From: Aplysia californica
Lineage: Eukaryota
Reading direction: 5' to 3'
DNA length: 64,000 nt
NCBI RefSeq assembly: GCF_000002075.1
Contig: NW_004797299.1
Span: 1,723,987 to 1,787,986 of the forward strand
The position numbers were made by a program, and so were the translations under genes. The notes below the pieces were generated by a model. The model was not told the DNA's origin. It did not search any database and worked only from the letters and a program-made list of their open reading frames with translations. Shown here one piece after another: positions 24,801 to 37,000 of the stretch. Each line of letters opens with the position of its first letter. Position 1 is the stretch's first letter.

Positions 24801-27800
24801 AACATCCTTATCTCCCCTCCTTCTTTTTTGCGTTTGTTACTCTCTTGTAACACCGCTAATCTTTGGCACTTACATGACCTTATTGTGTCGCAAGTGCCGT
24901 AAAACACTTACTAAAACTAAAAAACTACTGGACAAACTGATCATAAAGTCCTTTCAAATACGGATTGTTCTCATTATCATTTAATTAAAAAGTAATCTGA
25001 CAGCACTTGATCAATCTATTCCAGGAACAGTACATCCTACTATTGTAGGTGCCTTTCATTATTTAACACCCTTTTCACAGCAAAAGTGCCCAGCTTTATG
25101 CAATACAAATCATCCATTGTAAGGGGCATCGACCATATTTCCTATCAAGGCTGGCATGGCTGCTGTTTAAAGTTTTGTGTTACAACTGAAGATCTGGCAA
25201 AGGCTGGCGAGTTGCAATGGCAAGGCTTCAATTTATGGAAAGGATTGTCGACATGTTCACAGACTTCATTCTATCACTCTGATTCTACTATGGTGAAGAA
25301 GCAGAACATACTGCTTTATGACTCTATGCATGCATACGAAGCTACAAATTTTAATAGAAATGTGTCAAACATTTAGATAGTCACAGACTCTCGATCATCA
25401 CAGAAATCATTGTCAAATAAGATATATAGACATGTTGTGAAATTTGTCTGGCTTATCATAACTTCAAATACTTCAATGGAAAAAGCTAGCCGTACTTAAT
25501 GACGGCTAGACAGCTAGGCCAGCCGTACTTAAGTACAGATAGACTGGTTGATTAAGTGCGGCTAGACAGCTGGGCTAGCCATACTTATTTTTAATATGAT
25601 GGAGAGACTGACCAAACAAACAAAAACACAAAAAAATAGGCCTACTGAATTGTTAATAAATTTTTAGTTAGCAGTACCTAAAGTACTTGTATTTGAGACG
25701 AAACCAGGTGCCTTAAAGTCAGTGCATGTATTTTAAACCTGAATAATTATCTAATGAGACCTGTTTTCTAATACTAATGTTAATAGGGCCTAAGATAAGT
25801 ACGGCTAGACTGGCAGGCTAGCCGTACTTAAGGACGGCTAGACAATCAGGCTAGCCGTACTTATTATTGATGGCTGAATTGTAAGTGAAATTTTTAGTTT
25901 GCAATGCCTAAAGTATTTGTATTTCAGACAAAACCAAAATGTGCATACATACTGTCTGTGGTTTGCCTGTATTTTAAACGAATAATTACTAGATCTAGAT
26001 CTAATGAGACCTGTGTACTAAACAGGTTTGAGTCGATAGGGTCAAACCTAGATCTAAGTATGGCTAGACTTTCAGGCTAGCCGTACTTAAGTACAAATGT
26101 ACGGCTAGCCACATCGTACTTCAATACAATTTGAATTAGCATTCGAATCAGACTCAAGATACAAGACATGATTAAATAAATTAAAGGAAGAGGCTAGCCG
26201 TACTTAATGACGACTAGACTAGCCGTACCTAAGTACGGCTAGACAGCTGGGCTAGCCATACTTATTCTTAATATGATGGCAAGACTGACCATTAAAAAAA
26301 AATAGGTCTACTGAATTGTAAACATAAATTTTTAGTTTGCAGCCCCTAAAGTATTTGTATTTGAGACGAAACCAGGTGCCTTAATGACAGTGCATGTATT
26401 TTAAACCTCCTGTTTTCTTATGTTAATAGGGCCTAAGATAAGTACGGCTAGACTTCTTGGCTATCCGTACTTAAGTATGGGTAGACAGCCAGGCTAGCCG
26501 TACTTAAGGACGGCTAGACTGTAAGGCTAGCCGTACTTAATATTGATGGCTGAATTGTAAATGAAATTTTTAGTTTGCAATGCCTAAAGTATTTGCATTT
26601 CAGACAAAACCAAAAGGTGCCTTACTGACTTGCATGCATTTACTTACTTTACTTTACTTTTACTTTTTCATCCTCTGTTGCCGTTAAGCGTCGAGGGGAG
26701 ATGCAGTTCTCTATGGTAGGCCAGCTCCGCAGCTCTTTCAGTTGTGATGTTATGTTTTCTTAGGGTTTTCCTGACACCCTCGATCCACCTTTTGCGTGGT
26801 TTTCCTCTTCCTTTATAGCCTGAGTGCTTGGTGTTGTAGGCTCTCAAGGCTGGCTGGTCAGGTGACATGCATAACAGGTGGCCAAACCATTTTATCCTCT
26901 GTCTTTCTATGTAACGCAGGCAGGACTCAGTGCCGATAACTGCTCTTACTTCTTCATTTCTCTGCCTGTCTCGTCTTGTGATGTTAAGGGTTTTGCGGAG
27001 ACATTTCATTTCGCATGCGGTGATTTTGCTTTCATGGGTTTTGCTTAAGGTCCAGGTCTGGCACTGATAACATAATGTTGGTATGAATATTGAGGTGATA
27101 AGCTGTCTCTTTGTGTCCATGGAGATGTTTGAATGAGATAGAAGGGGTGCGAGCTGGTAGGTGACAGCGTTGGCTTTTTGAGTTCGCATTTCTATTTCTC
27201 TGTCTATGGACCCGTTTTCAGAAAAAGTGCTGCCAAGATATTTAAACTCTTTCATCTGTTTCAGTTGTTTAGTATTGACATGGATGTTCAGGGGACTATG
27301 GTTTTGGCTCACTTTCATAAATTCTGTTTTTGATGTGCTTATTTTCATGTTGAATTTTTCGCAGGTGTTGTTGAGTTTGGTAGTGTGATTTTGGAGGCTT
27401 TGTTGGTCATGATGAATTAGACATTGGTCGTCTGCGAACAGAAATTCATTTAGGCTTTCTGGGCTTTGGTTTGCTTCTTGCGTTATTGTGTCCATAATAA
27501 ACATGAGGGGAGATAGAACGCATCCCTGTCGTACTCCAGATCTTACTTTGAACCAGTCTGTATTTCCTTCCTTCGTTCTTACTGAGCTTCTGACATTATC
27601 TAACAATTGTCCTCTGACGCCATCTATGCATGTATTTGAACCTGAATAATTTACTAGATTACTAGATCTAGATCTAATGAGACCTGTGTACTTAACAGGT
27701 TTGAGTCGATATAGGGCCAAACCTAGATGTAAGTATGGCTAGACTGGCAGTCTAGCTGTACTTAAGTACGGCTAGCCACTTCGTAAATTAAATATGCAGG

Positions 27801-27961
27801 GGCCTAATTGACATAATAACCTAGTAATGTGGGGTTACCTTGCCAGCTAGAGCTTCTTCTGCTGTCGTTGTACCAAAGTTGTCATCCTTTTTTTCTCCAT
27901 AAGGAACCTCGTCGAAGTATGCCTTGGTTAGAAGCTGTTTTGCTCCAAATAATTCAGACAT
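21844..27961 (-). CDS. NXNL2: Nucleoredoxin-like protein 2 homolog (single thioredoxin-like domain), 3 exons, 177 aa
   Basis: Exon 27839-27961 encodes MSELFGAKQLLTK...AEEALAGK (donor AAG|GTAAC, phase 0). Exon 22767-22978 encodes VVCLFFSALWCAPC...IEIVFISFD...HGEWLALQF (donor GA|GTAAGA, phase 2). Exon 21844-22042 encodes KYSISVIPKLVVIQPNGNVISSKGRKEVQDKG. Total 534 nt with consistent phases. The C-terminal half closely resembles vertebrate NXNL2. Confidence 0.88.
23315..23449. other. Assembly gap (N run)
   Basis: 135 N. Confidence 1.
24750..24926 (+). mobile_element. SINE family B 3' portion sharing the LINE-type tail
   Basis: GGTGGTTGGCGGGTGCTCTGGTGTGGTTTAGCTCCTTC...GGCACTT..AAGTGCCGTAAAAC(AAACT)n. 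Further copies lie on the minus strand at ~29590-29655, 29800-29972, 36325-36392 and 36815-36925. Confidence 0.7.
25484..27782. repeat. Complex tandem array built on the 24-bp palindrome CTAGCCGTACTTAAGTACGGCTAG, interrupted by an RTE
   Basis: More than 15 full or half copies of GCTAGCCGTACTTAA in ~300-bp units that also share GCCTAAAGTATTTGTATTT and CTAATGAGACCTGT. The array resumes at 27627 after the LINE. Confidence 0.85.
26641..27626 (-). mobile_element. 5'-truncated RTE LINE with RT C-terminal ORF
   Basis: ORF 26668-27720 contains GVRQGCVLSPLMF, FADD and KWFGHL. The (AAGTA)n tail is at 26641-26667. The TSD is TGCATG(C/T)ATTT (26631-41 and 27627-37). Confidence 0.92.
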
Positions 27962-29167
27962 TATTATTTAAACATAAGTCTACTTTCCCTTTCATCAGTT
28001 ATCAAATCAAAAATCAATCATTGATCGATCTAGATCTAGATAAGATCTTAGATCTAGAAATTCACTTCTCTTTAAGCTTGTTTGTGTGTTGTTGTTTTTT
28101 TTTCGCCCCTTCATGTAAGAGTGAATCCAAAGATGAAAAGACATATGAGATTGTCAGTCGGAGACTTTAACCTATGTAGTCAATGTAAACAGGTTGGTTT
28201 TTTTAAATTATGGATTTTCTGTAAAGAAATTTAATGATGCGTCGTTCTTATGTTGGTTCGGCATTTTTGTTGCCTAAATTAAATTATTACAATACTTTTT
28301 AGCATGTAAATTCCAGAATTGATATTAATTTGGTAACTTATCAAGCAAAAAGGCAACAATTTATTTGGTCTTTTGAACATAAATCAAATGTTTGCTTGTT
28401 ACAATTTTCTTGACTGAAAAAATTCTATTTTTTGTTCTCATGCTTGGCTTGTTGGATTGGGTAAATGAACGTATTATCTTAATTAATGATTTAGAACTCT
28501 GAATATCTAATTTCTTCTCCTAGTTAGCGTTTAACACTTTTTCTGTTGAATGTCATGGCTTTGGAATCTCGATGTCCCGTTCACTTAGGTGTTTTTTGCA
28601 ACATTTCACAGATCTTGTTTTTTTCTCTCTTCATGATGACACCATAGACGATGATAATATTTAAATATAGGTTAACCTGAGATGCTATTTTAAAAACACA
28701 TAATTACGACCTAAAGTAGACAACATAGAAAAAACTGTTACCTATATTGTTACCATGTTGATTCCCCTTACAATTACTCATACATTACAAATTGCATTCT
28801 TGCACTTCCTCTCACTATAATTTCATCAAACTGAAGTCCCAGTACTGTTCTACATAATTTAATCTGGTCTTTATAGCAAAATTATAGGCCTACATGTACA
28901 TGCATTTGCATAAACTAATCTGTTCTTGTAACTATGTATATTGTATACTCCTAGAAAAGAATTCCAGAAGGCGTGCGCGTGTTTGCCACAAAGTATGTGT
29001 TCGAGTGTGTTTGTGATTGTGATTGTGTGGGTGTATGTGTTTAAATCAAAGTAGTCCTGTTCTAAAAGAAAAAGTTAGCCCTTTTTGCATAAAATATATA
29101 TTCTTAATCAATTTTGTCTTTTTCAAAATAATTTTGGGTTTCTATGCAGTCAATAATGAACTCAATG

Positions 29168-29390
29168 TCATCATCATCATCAATGCCTTTCACCCCTGGC
29201 AGGGTACGTATAGGCCACATACAAGCTCCTTCCATTTATCTCTATCCTGGGCCATTATTCCTAGCTCGTTCCAAGTGAGCTTCATCTCTCTCATTTCCCT
29301 TTCCACACATCTCCTCCATGTCTCTCGTGGCCTACCCCTGCCACGTGTCCATGAGGGTTCCATTGCAGTGACTGTCTTGTGATGTTTCCG
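29168..29390 (-). mobile_element. 3' fragment of an RTE-clade LINE
   Basis: Encodes [42 protein letters not shown], with a (GAT)n tail. Confidence 0.8.
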
Positions 29391-32300
29391 CTGGACTTTC
29401 TGAAGGTGTGTTTCAACCAACGCCACTTTCTTAGTCCTATTTCTACTTCTATAGATATCCTTTTGTCCTGTCTCGCAACATAATATTAATAAGGTCATAT
29501 AAGTGTCAAAGATATGAAGTGTTAAAATTAAAAGAGAGAAACTAACACCAAAAAGAAAAGAATGAGGAAGGGTGTAAAAAAAATAAGGACAGGTAAGATA
29601 TATGTTTGAAAGGAAAGAAGGAGCAAATCACACCAGAGTACCCGACAACCACCAAGTTAAATACTTTTTCTCTTCAAATATTTCAAAGCAAGATTTCTCA
29701 TTTAAATTGTGCAGGCAAAAAAGGAGCCTAGGAAATTCGTTATACTATAAAAGTGCTTTTTGGAGAATCGAATCACAGGGTTGTCCCTAATCCTCGACGT
29801 TTAGTTTTAGTACGAGTTTTATAGCACTTGCAACACAATAACTTCATACAAAAGCCGAAGATGAGAGGTTTTTACAAGTGAGTAACAAACACATAAAAAG
29901 GAGAAATAAGGACGATAGATGTTTGATAGAAAGGAAGGAGCAAACCACACGAGAGCACCCGCCAACCACCCATATTGTCTTCACCATCTAGCACCACACT
30001 AACTGAGCCTACATTGAGCAATCCACTCTGATCGTACGTACACACAGTGCAATCCATAGTAGTACATGTTGTAGTAGTAGTAGTAGTTGTAGTCTAATGG
30101 AAGGCAATGTTCCATCACAGCATACAAAAATGTGTTGTTTTTATTTATTTCTCTATTTTCTGCATAATAATCATCGGGCATAACATATGTTTTTAAAAAA
30201 CAACGGTGTGCATACAACTGTGATTCTTTTTTTTTTTTATCATAAAAGAAAAATCATCTTTACTCCCCCACTGACACAATTTAAATTTATACACCTATGT
30301 TAAACTGTTTTGTGTTGCTACGTCAGTCTTACCCTTTTTGAAATTTGTACTGACCATACACCAAACACATCTATTCAAGGACAAGAAAACTGCAGAATCA
30401 TATGCGAGGAGAATGAGCTTTATTGATGCAACTGATATGGAGGGCACCACCATAAAATACACATAACATAGTAACATAAAATGCAGCACACTTTTTATCC
30501 TTCATTACATTAGAAAAAACTAAGGACAAAGTACATTATGTGGACACAGAAACATTTACAAGTCTCCATTACATTTTTTCAAGCCGCCTTTTCATAGACC
30601 AGATGGCATTGCCGACTCAGGGACACATTTCGCTACCCTAGAATTACAAAGTTCTATCAGTTCAGAACATGTACCTAGTTTTAAGAAATTTGACCTTAAA
30701 ATTTTGATTTTCACAACCTGTCAAGGTTTCGAGAATGCAATTTTTTGAATATATCTTGATAAAGACACAGAACAATCTTACGATTTTGAAGGGCAGATAG
30801 AACATTCGGTTTCTGAAATAATAGTCTTAGTAACTCAAAAGGGCCAAAAATGTCAGATAGAACTTTGTAATTCTAAGGTAGCGATTTGTCTGGCAAAAAA
30901 ATCCTCCAATATATTGCTGGTAAACATTATATAGTAAGTACAATAGTACAAAGGTAAAAGCAGTGCTCACTGAACACAGGTCAGCTCCATATTGAATCAA
31001 CACAATAAAAGCCACACTTGTTTTCGTGGGGAAAGCAGCAGGTTGGTTTGAGGCAGGTTTTATAGACATTTAGCACAATAATTATCAAATTTAAAGCAGT
31101 AGTCAGGTCTCGTGGTGACTCAGCATAGCAAAGGCCAAATTTCGCCATTGGTGGAATGAAAAGATTCTAGAAAATTACAATGCCATTGAAAAAAGCGAGA
31201 AAACATGTGCAAGACAGATAACATCACAAGAAAACGTCACATTTGGTAATTATATATGTATATCTGTTCATCATTACTGTGGGTAATGACAAGGGTTAAT
31301 TGTCGACTGCCATTTTATCAATACACTGAACACATGAATACACAGAGCACATAGATCTACTATTCAGAGAGTTTTTTATTTGCAATGTTTGAGACCAGCA
31401 GAAACTACTCATATCAACATCTTATTCTCCCAGTACATGACTCATGAGGACATGGGAATCAAACTTGCATCTTTTGGTGTTAAGTAAAGACACTGAACAC
31501 TGCACCACTAACACTAGGGTGGGTAGCTTACTCAGGAAAAAGGGGTGGGCTTTCACAGGTAAAAAAAAAATAGGGGGGGTACTTTAAGGTTTTAATGAAA
31601 ATCCCCCTTCCTATAACTGCAGCCACAGGTCCTATTTAAATAAAAAGAAGATAGGAATGTTCATGCACAAAAGTATCATTTGGTTCAAATTCAGGTTACA
31701 AAATCTAAGTAAAATGGTTTGTGATCCAAACAACACTACACTATGGCAAACAAAAAAGGGAGAACCAAAGAGTTCAAAACCAGGAGGGCTTTCAAAAAAA
31801 TGTGTTTGATCTATGAATTTTATACATGATGCGAAGACTAAAAGTTGTAACTAGGATTGATCAATAAGAGTCCAGGGAAGTAGATAAGACTGAAGACTAT
31901 TGCACTGAGCGAGGAAACTCTGCTTAATTTTGGAGAGGGGGCGGGAGGAGGGAGGAAGGACGCTGGTGAAGAGGAAAGGGGGGGGGGGAAGGCTTTTTTT
32001 TAATCAGACAAAATAATACACGTGAACGTGATGAAAAACATTATAGAAACTTAAAAAGGAGACTTTTCTGGGAACATCCACTACTGCAGACCCTTGATCC
32101 GATGAAAATGGAACACCGTACCAAAGAAAGAGTACAAGATTATAAATCACTCTTTAAAAAAAAACCTCCTCTGCTATTTAATGCCTTTATAATAGATTCA
32201 CAAACCAGCACTGATCTGAAAACAGCATGAACAAGAGTGGCATGGTTTGACTTTAACCCTTAAATTGCTTAACATTATTCTGTTGAGAATTCTAAATGTA

Positions 32301-34060
32301 ATTCTACTCTTGGATCATCTAAAGTCTCAACATACTTCAGCTTCAATTTCTTTAAGCACATTTGATGGGGACAAATATTATATATAAAAAAAAGAAAGGA
32401 AAATGGTGTTAGTTTCTCAATGAAAGTAGAGGGTGAGCAGTAAAACCACTCAACAGGAACAACAAAGAGAAAGAAATTATTAACATTTTGCAAAATTCAC
32501 CAAAACCAAGACAACTTAAGAAAAAGAAGCACATCTAGGGTACTCAAGAATTATATTAAAATTACAAAAACCTTCCTTCATAAATCTAATTAAGGACAAA
32601 AGTAAATTTAACAAATGTTCAAAGAGAAGCAGTGTGTCTTCACAAGGAGGAACAGATGGTAGTCTACAGGTTTATTGATAATATAAACACTGAAGATATG
32701 GAGTTGCCTGCATTTATTTTAAGACACATACACACACGAGTCCTGCTCAATATGTGCTGTAAAAATTGGCAGTCTTTTACGGAATCAATTTTTTTTAATG
32801 CTGCAGCATTCAAACCCGAAGTGACTTAAAAGTTTTCATGTTAGGATCTGAATGAGTCTTTCTTAGGATGTTACTGAATCTACAAGAAACAAAACGAAAT
32901 TCCTAAAGCAGAAAAAATGACATCTTAAATAACCAAAACAATACATCCGACTGAACCAAAAACTTTCATGAACAAAACAAGAAAATTTCAAAAAGTAATG
33001 TTTAAAAGAATGATGAAGAAAAAAACAGCTCCATCAAAATCTACATCACTGAATTTTGAACTGACAGCATAAAATAACACCAAAAATTCAGCAAACAATA
33101 GTACACTATTCACATGAGAGGGCAATAATAATATTTTGATCAGTAAAAAACTATTATCGTTTGGTTCACTTTCTCATTCACAGAGACTGGTTTACGATTT
33201 CCTTTTTTATATAGACCAGTTTTTCGCTTTGGTATTTCCCAACGAGCACTACAGCTTAGCTCCAGGATCATAGGTCAGTTTCGCATGTTCATCATCCTAC
33301 TAAAGCATAAACTGTTTGTCTTTGCTCTGACAAAACAAGGGAACTACACATTCAAATTACAATCACAAAAGAAGTATAGTGTTGGTGATGTTAGGAATCT
33401 AGTAGCCATGGGGTCTGTGCCCTTTGGCCCAACAGCCAAGGAGCATGTAAAAACCTGTACATTTAATGCCATGCTTGCAGGCTCGGCACAACAACCTTTT
33501 TCCTTACAGCGGATTAGAATATATGCTGAAAGTTGAGACATAGAGGGAAACACAAAGGAGATGCCCCCAGCACAGCTTCCATTGCGTCCCACCCAGCACT
33601 GACTGACAGTTAAGCATTTCTATGTATATATATATATTATATATCACAATTACACTTTACAATAACAGCTGTACGTCAAAAGACGCTGCACATTTTTCAC
33701 TTCCAAATACTATACACAATAATACATAGCACATCTTCCTCATGTGATGCAAACGGACACAAAATGAATCTGCTACTCAAAAATGTCCACAGACATAAAG
33801 AGGAGTCCGCTTACCATTTGTTTGGAGTGACCACTTTGAATATCCTTTTCATTGCTTTTCTATGACCTTAGCAAGGGAATGAATTCTTTCAAGATTTTTT
33901 TTTTTTTAAACAAAGATCACAGCTGACATTTTAAGAGTGTTTTCTTATCCAGACAAGTTTCTAATGAGAGTAGAACCCCTGTACAAAATTTGTACAATTT
34001 CTTGATAATACCATTCCAAAACACCTGAACACCCTGAGCCAGAAGGTCCATTAGACGAAT

Positions 34061-37000
34061 TCACAACGTATGCTGGTTCCTCTGGAGGTACTCCGAGAGA
34101 AGTAATGAAGGGGGACGAAACTGAGCATGTCTATTCTCAACCTGAGTTTTACGAGAGCCATTGTCATCATAACCTGTCAGCAGAAAAAAACCAACAGAAA
34201 TTCAATTAGTGATACAATTTAAACAAGTATCAGCCAGGGCTGTAAACACACAAAAAGTAATATGAGTAAGAAAGAAAAAGAGGCAAAATGAAAACAAAAC
34301 AAAAAATCAAACCCAAATTGTATTTTCAAACAAAACCTATTTCGGGACCATAATAGACTTGACATCCATTCCCTGAAGTTACTACATGATGTACGAAGAA
34401 GTATTTCGTTTGAAGAATATTGAAAACAACAAGTTCACTGACAAGCAAAATAATCTTTTGTGAAAAGTAATTTTTCAGAAGTCACACTTCAATAACAGAG
34501 CCCAAGTGCATAAGAAGCATCTGGTTCTTAACCTACAAATTTTGTTTTCTTTCCCCAACAACATAAAAAAACAAAAGTCTCATATTATTTATACCAAAGA
34601 GGCCAAAACATCCTCAGGACCTGGAATACTGCTTGAATACTACATGACTTCACCTATTGCAGACGAACAAATATGACAGTGAAAATTTCACGCTCTAAAT
34701 CTTTTCTCCCTGTTCAGCTCCTATGTCAGAAGGGTCAATTGACAGAAGAGAAAAAAGTATAGCATTAACTCTTTATCTCCAGCAAGCCGCTCCCAGCGGC
34801 TCGTCGGATATATGTTATCACCAGAGTGCAACCAGCTTTCCTTCCCCTGCACACATGGTATGACACATCATGGTCAACTTAGGCCTCTTGTGGGTCATGT
34901 AGGTACAATTCCCCACCAGTGTTATTTTGCTTTATTTTCTTTTTTCTTGCTTTTTTTTGTCCATTTGTTTTAAAAGTTTGGCAATGGATGAACCACTGTT
35001 ATAGCCGAACATGCCTATTCTGAATGCTTGCTATAAACATACTTTTTTTACTATACATTATAAGGGATCAGGCTCAGAGATTTATTATAAGCCTTCATTG
35101 GCCAAAATCCTGTTCTAACAGACTGCTATAAGTGGGCCCCACTGTACAATCATACATGTCTCTCAAAAAACACCAAGGAAAAAAAGAAACAAAAACAGAA
35201 GGCCAGCATTAAACGGACGACTCACTCTGTGAGTGGAGGTTGAGGTACTGGCACAGGGCGTGCAACAGGAGCCTCTCATAGCTACTTGCGATGTCACACA
35301 CGTACACAGACGAAGAGCAGTCATGGAAGAACGTAACCAGTTCCCTCTCCAGGTTCGCCAGCATGCCCTGTGAAATGTAAAAAGGGATTTGCATAGAATA
35401 TCCACTGTAGTGCATTCTGAGTCAACCAAGATTCAAAAATACTTTTTTTAAAATCTCCACCCATATATAGAGATATTTCAGTCTTATATAGATAGGTTAG
35501 CCATAGTCACAAAGTGTTTCACCCAGTGTGAGAACATTGTGGTCTTAACGCGTTCAAAGATGGAGCCGTCTCTATAAAAATTCCTAAATTGCTCTTTCTC
35601 AACCCTTATTCCGAGGGCTATCTGGGTTTTTTTTGTTTCTTAGTCTGTTCATCTACTTTCATTCTACACAGTCTGTGATGGTTTCATTCCCTAGGGTCAG
35701 TCAATCTACATACATATGTTACAGTCTCTTCCTTTTCATTAAATCCTCAAGACCTTCTGTCCCTTTTCATTTGTTCTGCCAAACGTTTCAAAGCATAACA
35801 ACATTCCCTTGCAGATTAAAATCAAGTACAAAGCAAAGAAGCAAATTAAGCTCTTAGCATAGCAAAAATAACACACAATGTGTTGAGAACCACTGGCTTA
35901 CCATTGGCAACTGTCTTCTTTTGAGCAGATTTTTCAGCTTCCTGTCCACACGGCCATAACATTCCTTGGGAGTGAAGGCTGGATGATCTAAAACAGAGAT
36001 ACACACAACATGCACAAAAAACCAATGTCCACTGAAACTGAAAAAATAGCTCTATACAATCTTCCACAGAAGTACATCTATATTTCAGACCACTGGAATT
36101 TTTAAACACAAAAGAGGATTGACATAAAAAGTTAAGCATCAAGAATCAAGGCCCCCCACTTTAAATCTTTGTCACTAGCCCACTGATACACAGCAGAAAC
36201 TCAAACATCCTGTTATAATTTTAGTAACAGTTTTACAGCATTTATAACACAATTAGGTCATATAACTGCTGTAAGTTACAAGGGTTACCAGAAAGTAACA
36301 TACAAAGAAACGAAGGCCGAGACAGTTTAGTTTCAGTTAGACTTTTACAGCAATTGCATCACAATAAGGTTATATCGGCGCCAAAGAATTTGGTTTTTTA
36401 AAGTTTTAGTAGAGGTTTTACTGTGCTCGCAACTGCATAAGGTCATATGAGCGCCAAGGGGTGGATGTCACCAGAGAAGTCCATACAGGGAATCAGACTT
36501 ACGCTGCTCACCTCTCTAGCTTCAACAGTACAAAGTCTGCTTCGACTATCAAGGCACCCTGGAAATAGCAGGTCACAAGAGTGTGACAAACATACAAAAG
36601 AAGTAGAGGAAAAAAGAAAATAGTAAGGATTAGGAAAGAAAAAGCAGCAGTTCCCTTGTTGCATTTCATGCACAGTTGTGAGTATGACATTGTTGAATCC
36701 CCCCATTTACATTTCTACTGTGCATAAGAACAAGTTAATGTCCCTTTTTTGGGAATGGCCTAAAGACACTTCAGTCAGTGGCACCGCTCCGGGTGGCGGG
36801 GGGGTGGAGAATAGATGTGTTACAAGCGAGTAACATACACAAAAAAAAGGAGGAGAGACAACCACGATACATATTTGATAGGAAAGAAGGAGCAAACCAC
36901 ACAAGAGCACCCGCCAACCACCCACCTGCGGAGACATAAAGTCAATAGATGTTTGGAAGGAAAAACAGGAGCAAGCCATAGTGCTTCTCATTTACAAGAC

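Noticed and set aside
25484-26640. CRISPR-like array
   Set aside because: The context is eukaryotic, the spacers are themselves repeated and irregular, and there are no cas genes.
26668-27720. 350-aa host gene
   Set aside because: It is a 5'-truncated RTE RT frame; the first ~30 residues are read-in from the flanking repeat array.
24290-28600. Weak inverted similarity (24290-24340 vs 28550-28600) bracketing NXNL2-like exon 1
   Set aside because: The match is short and gapped, with no TSD or defined termini.
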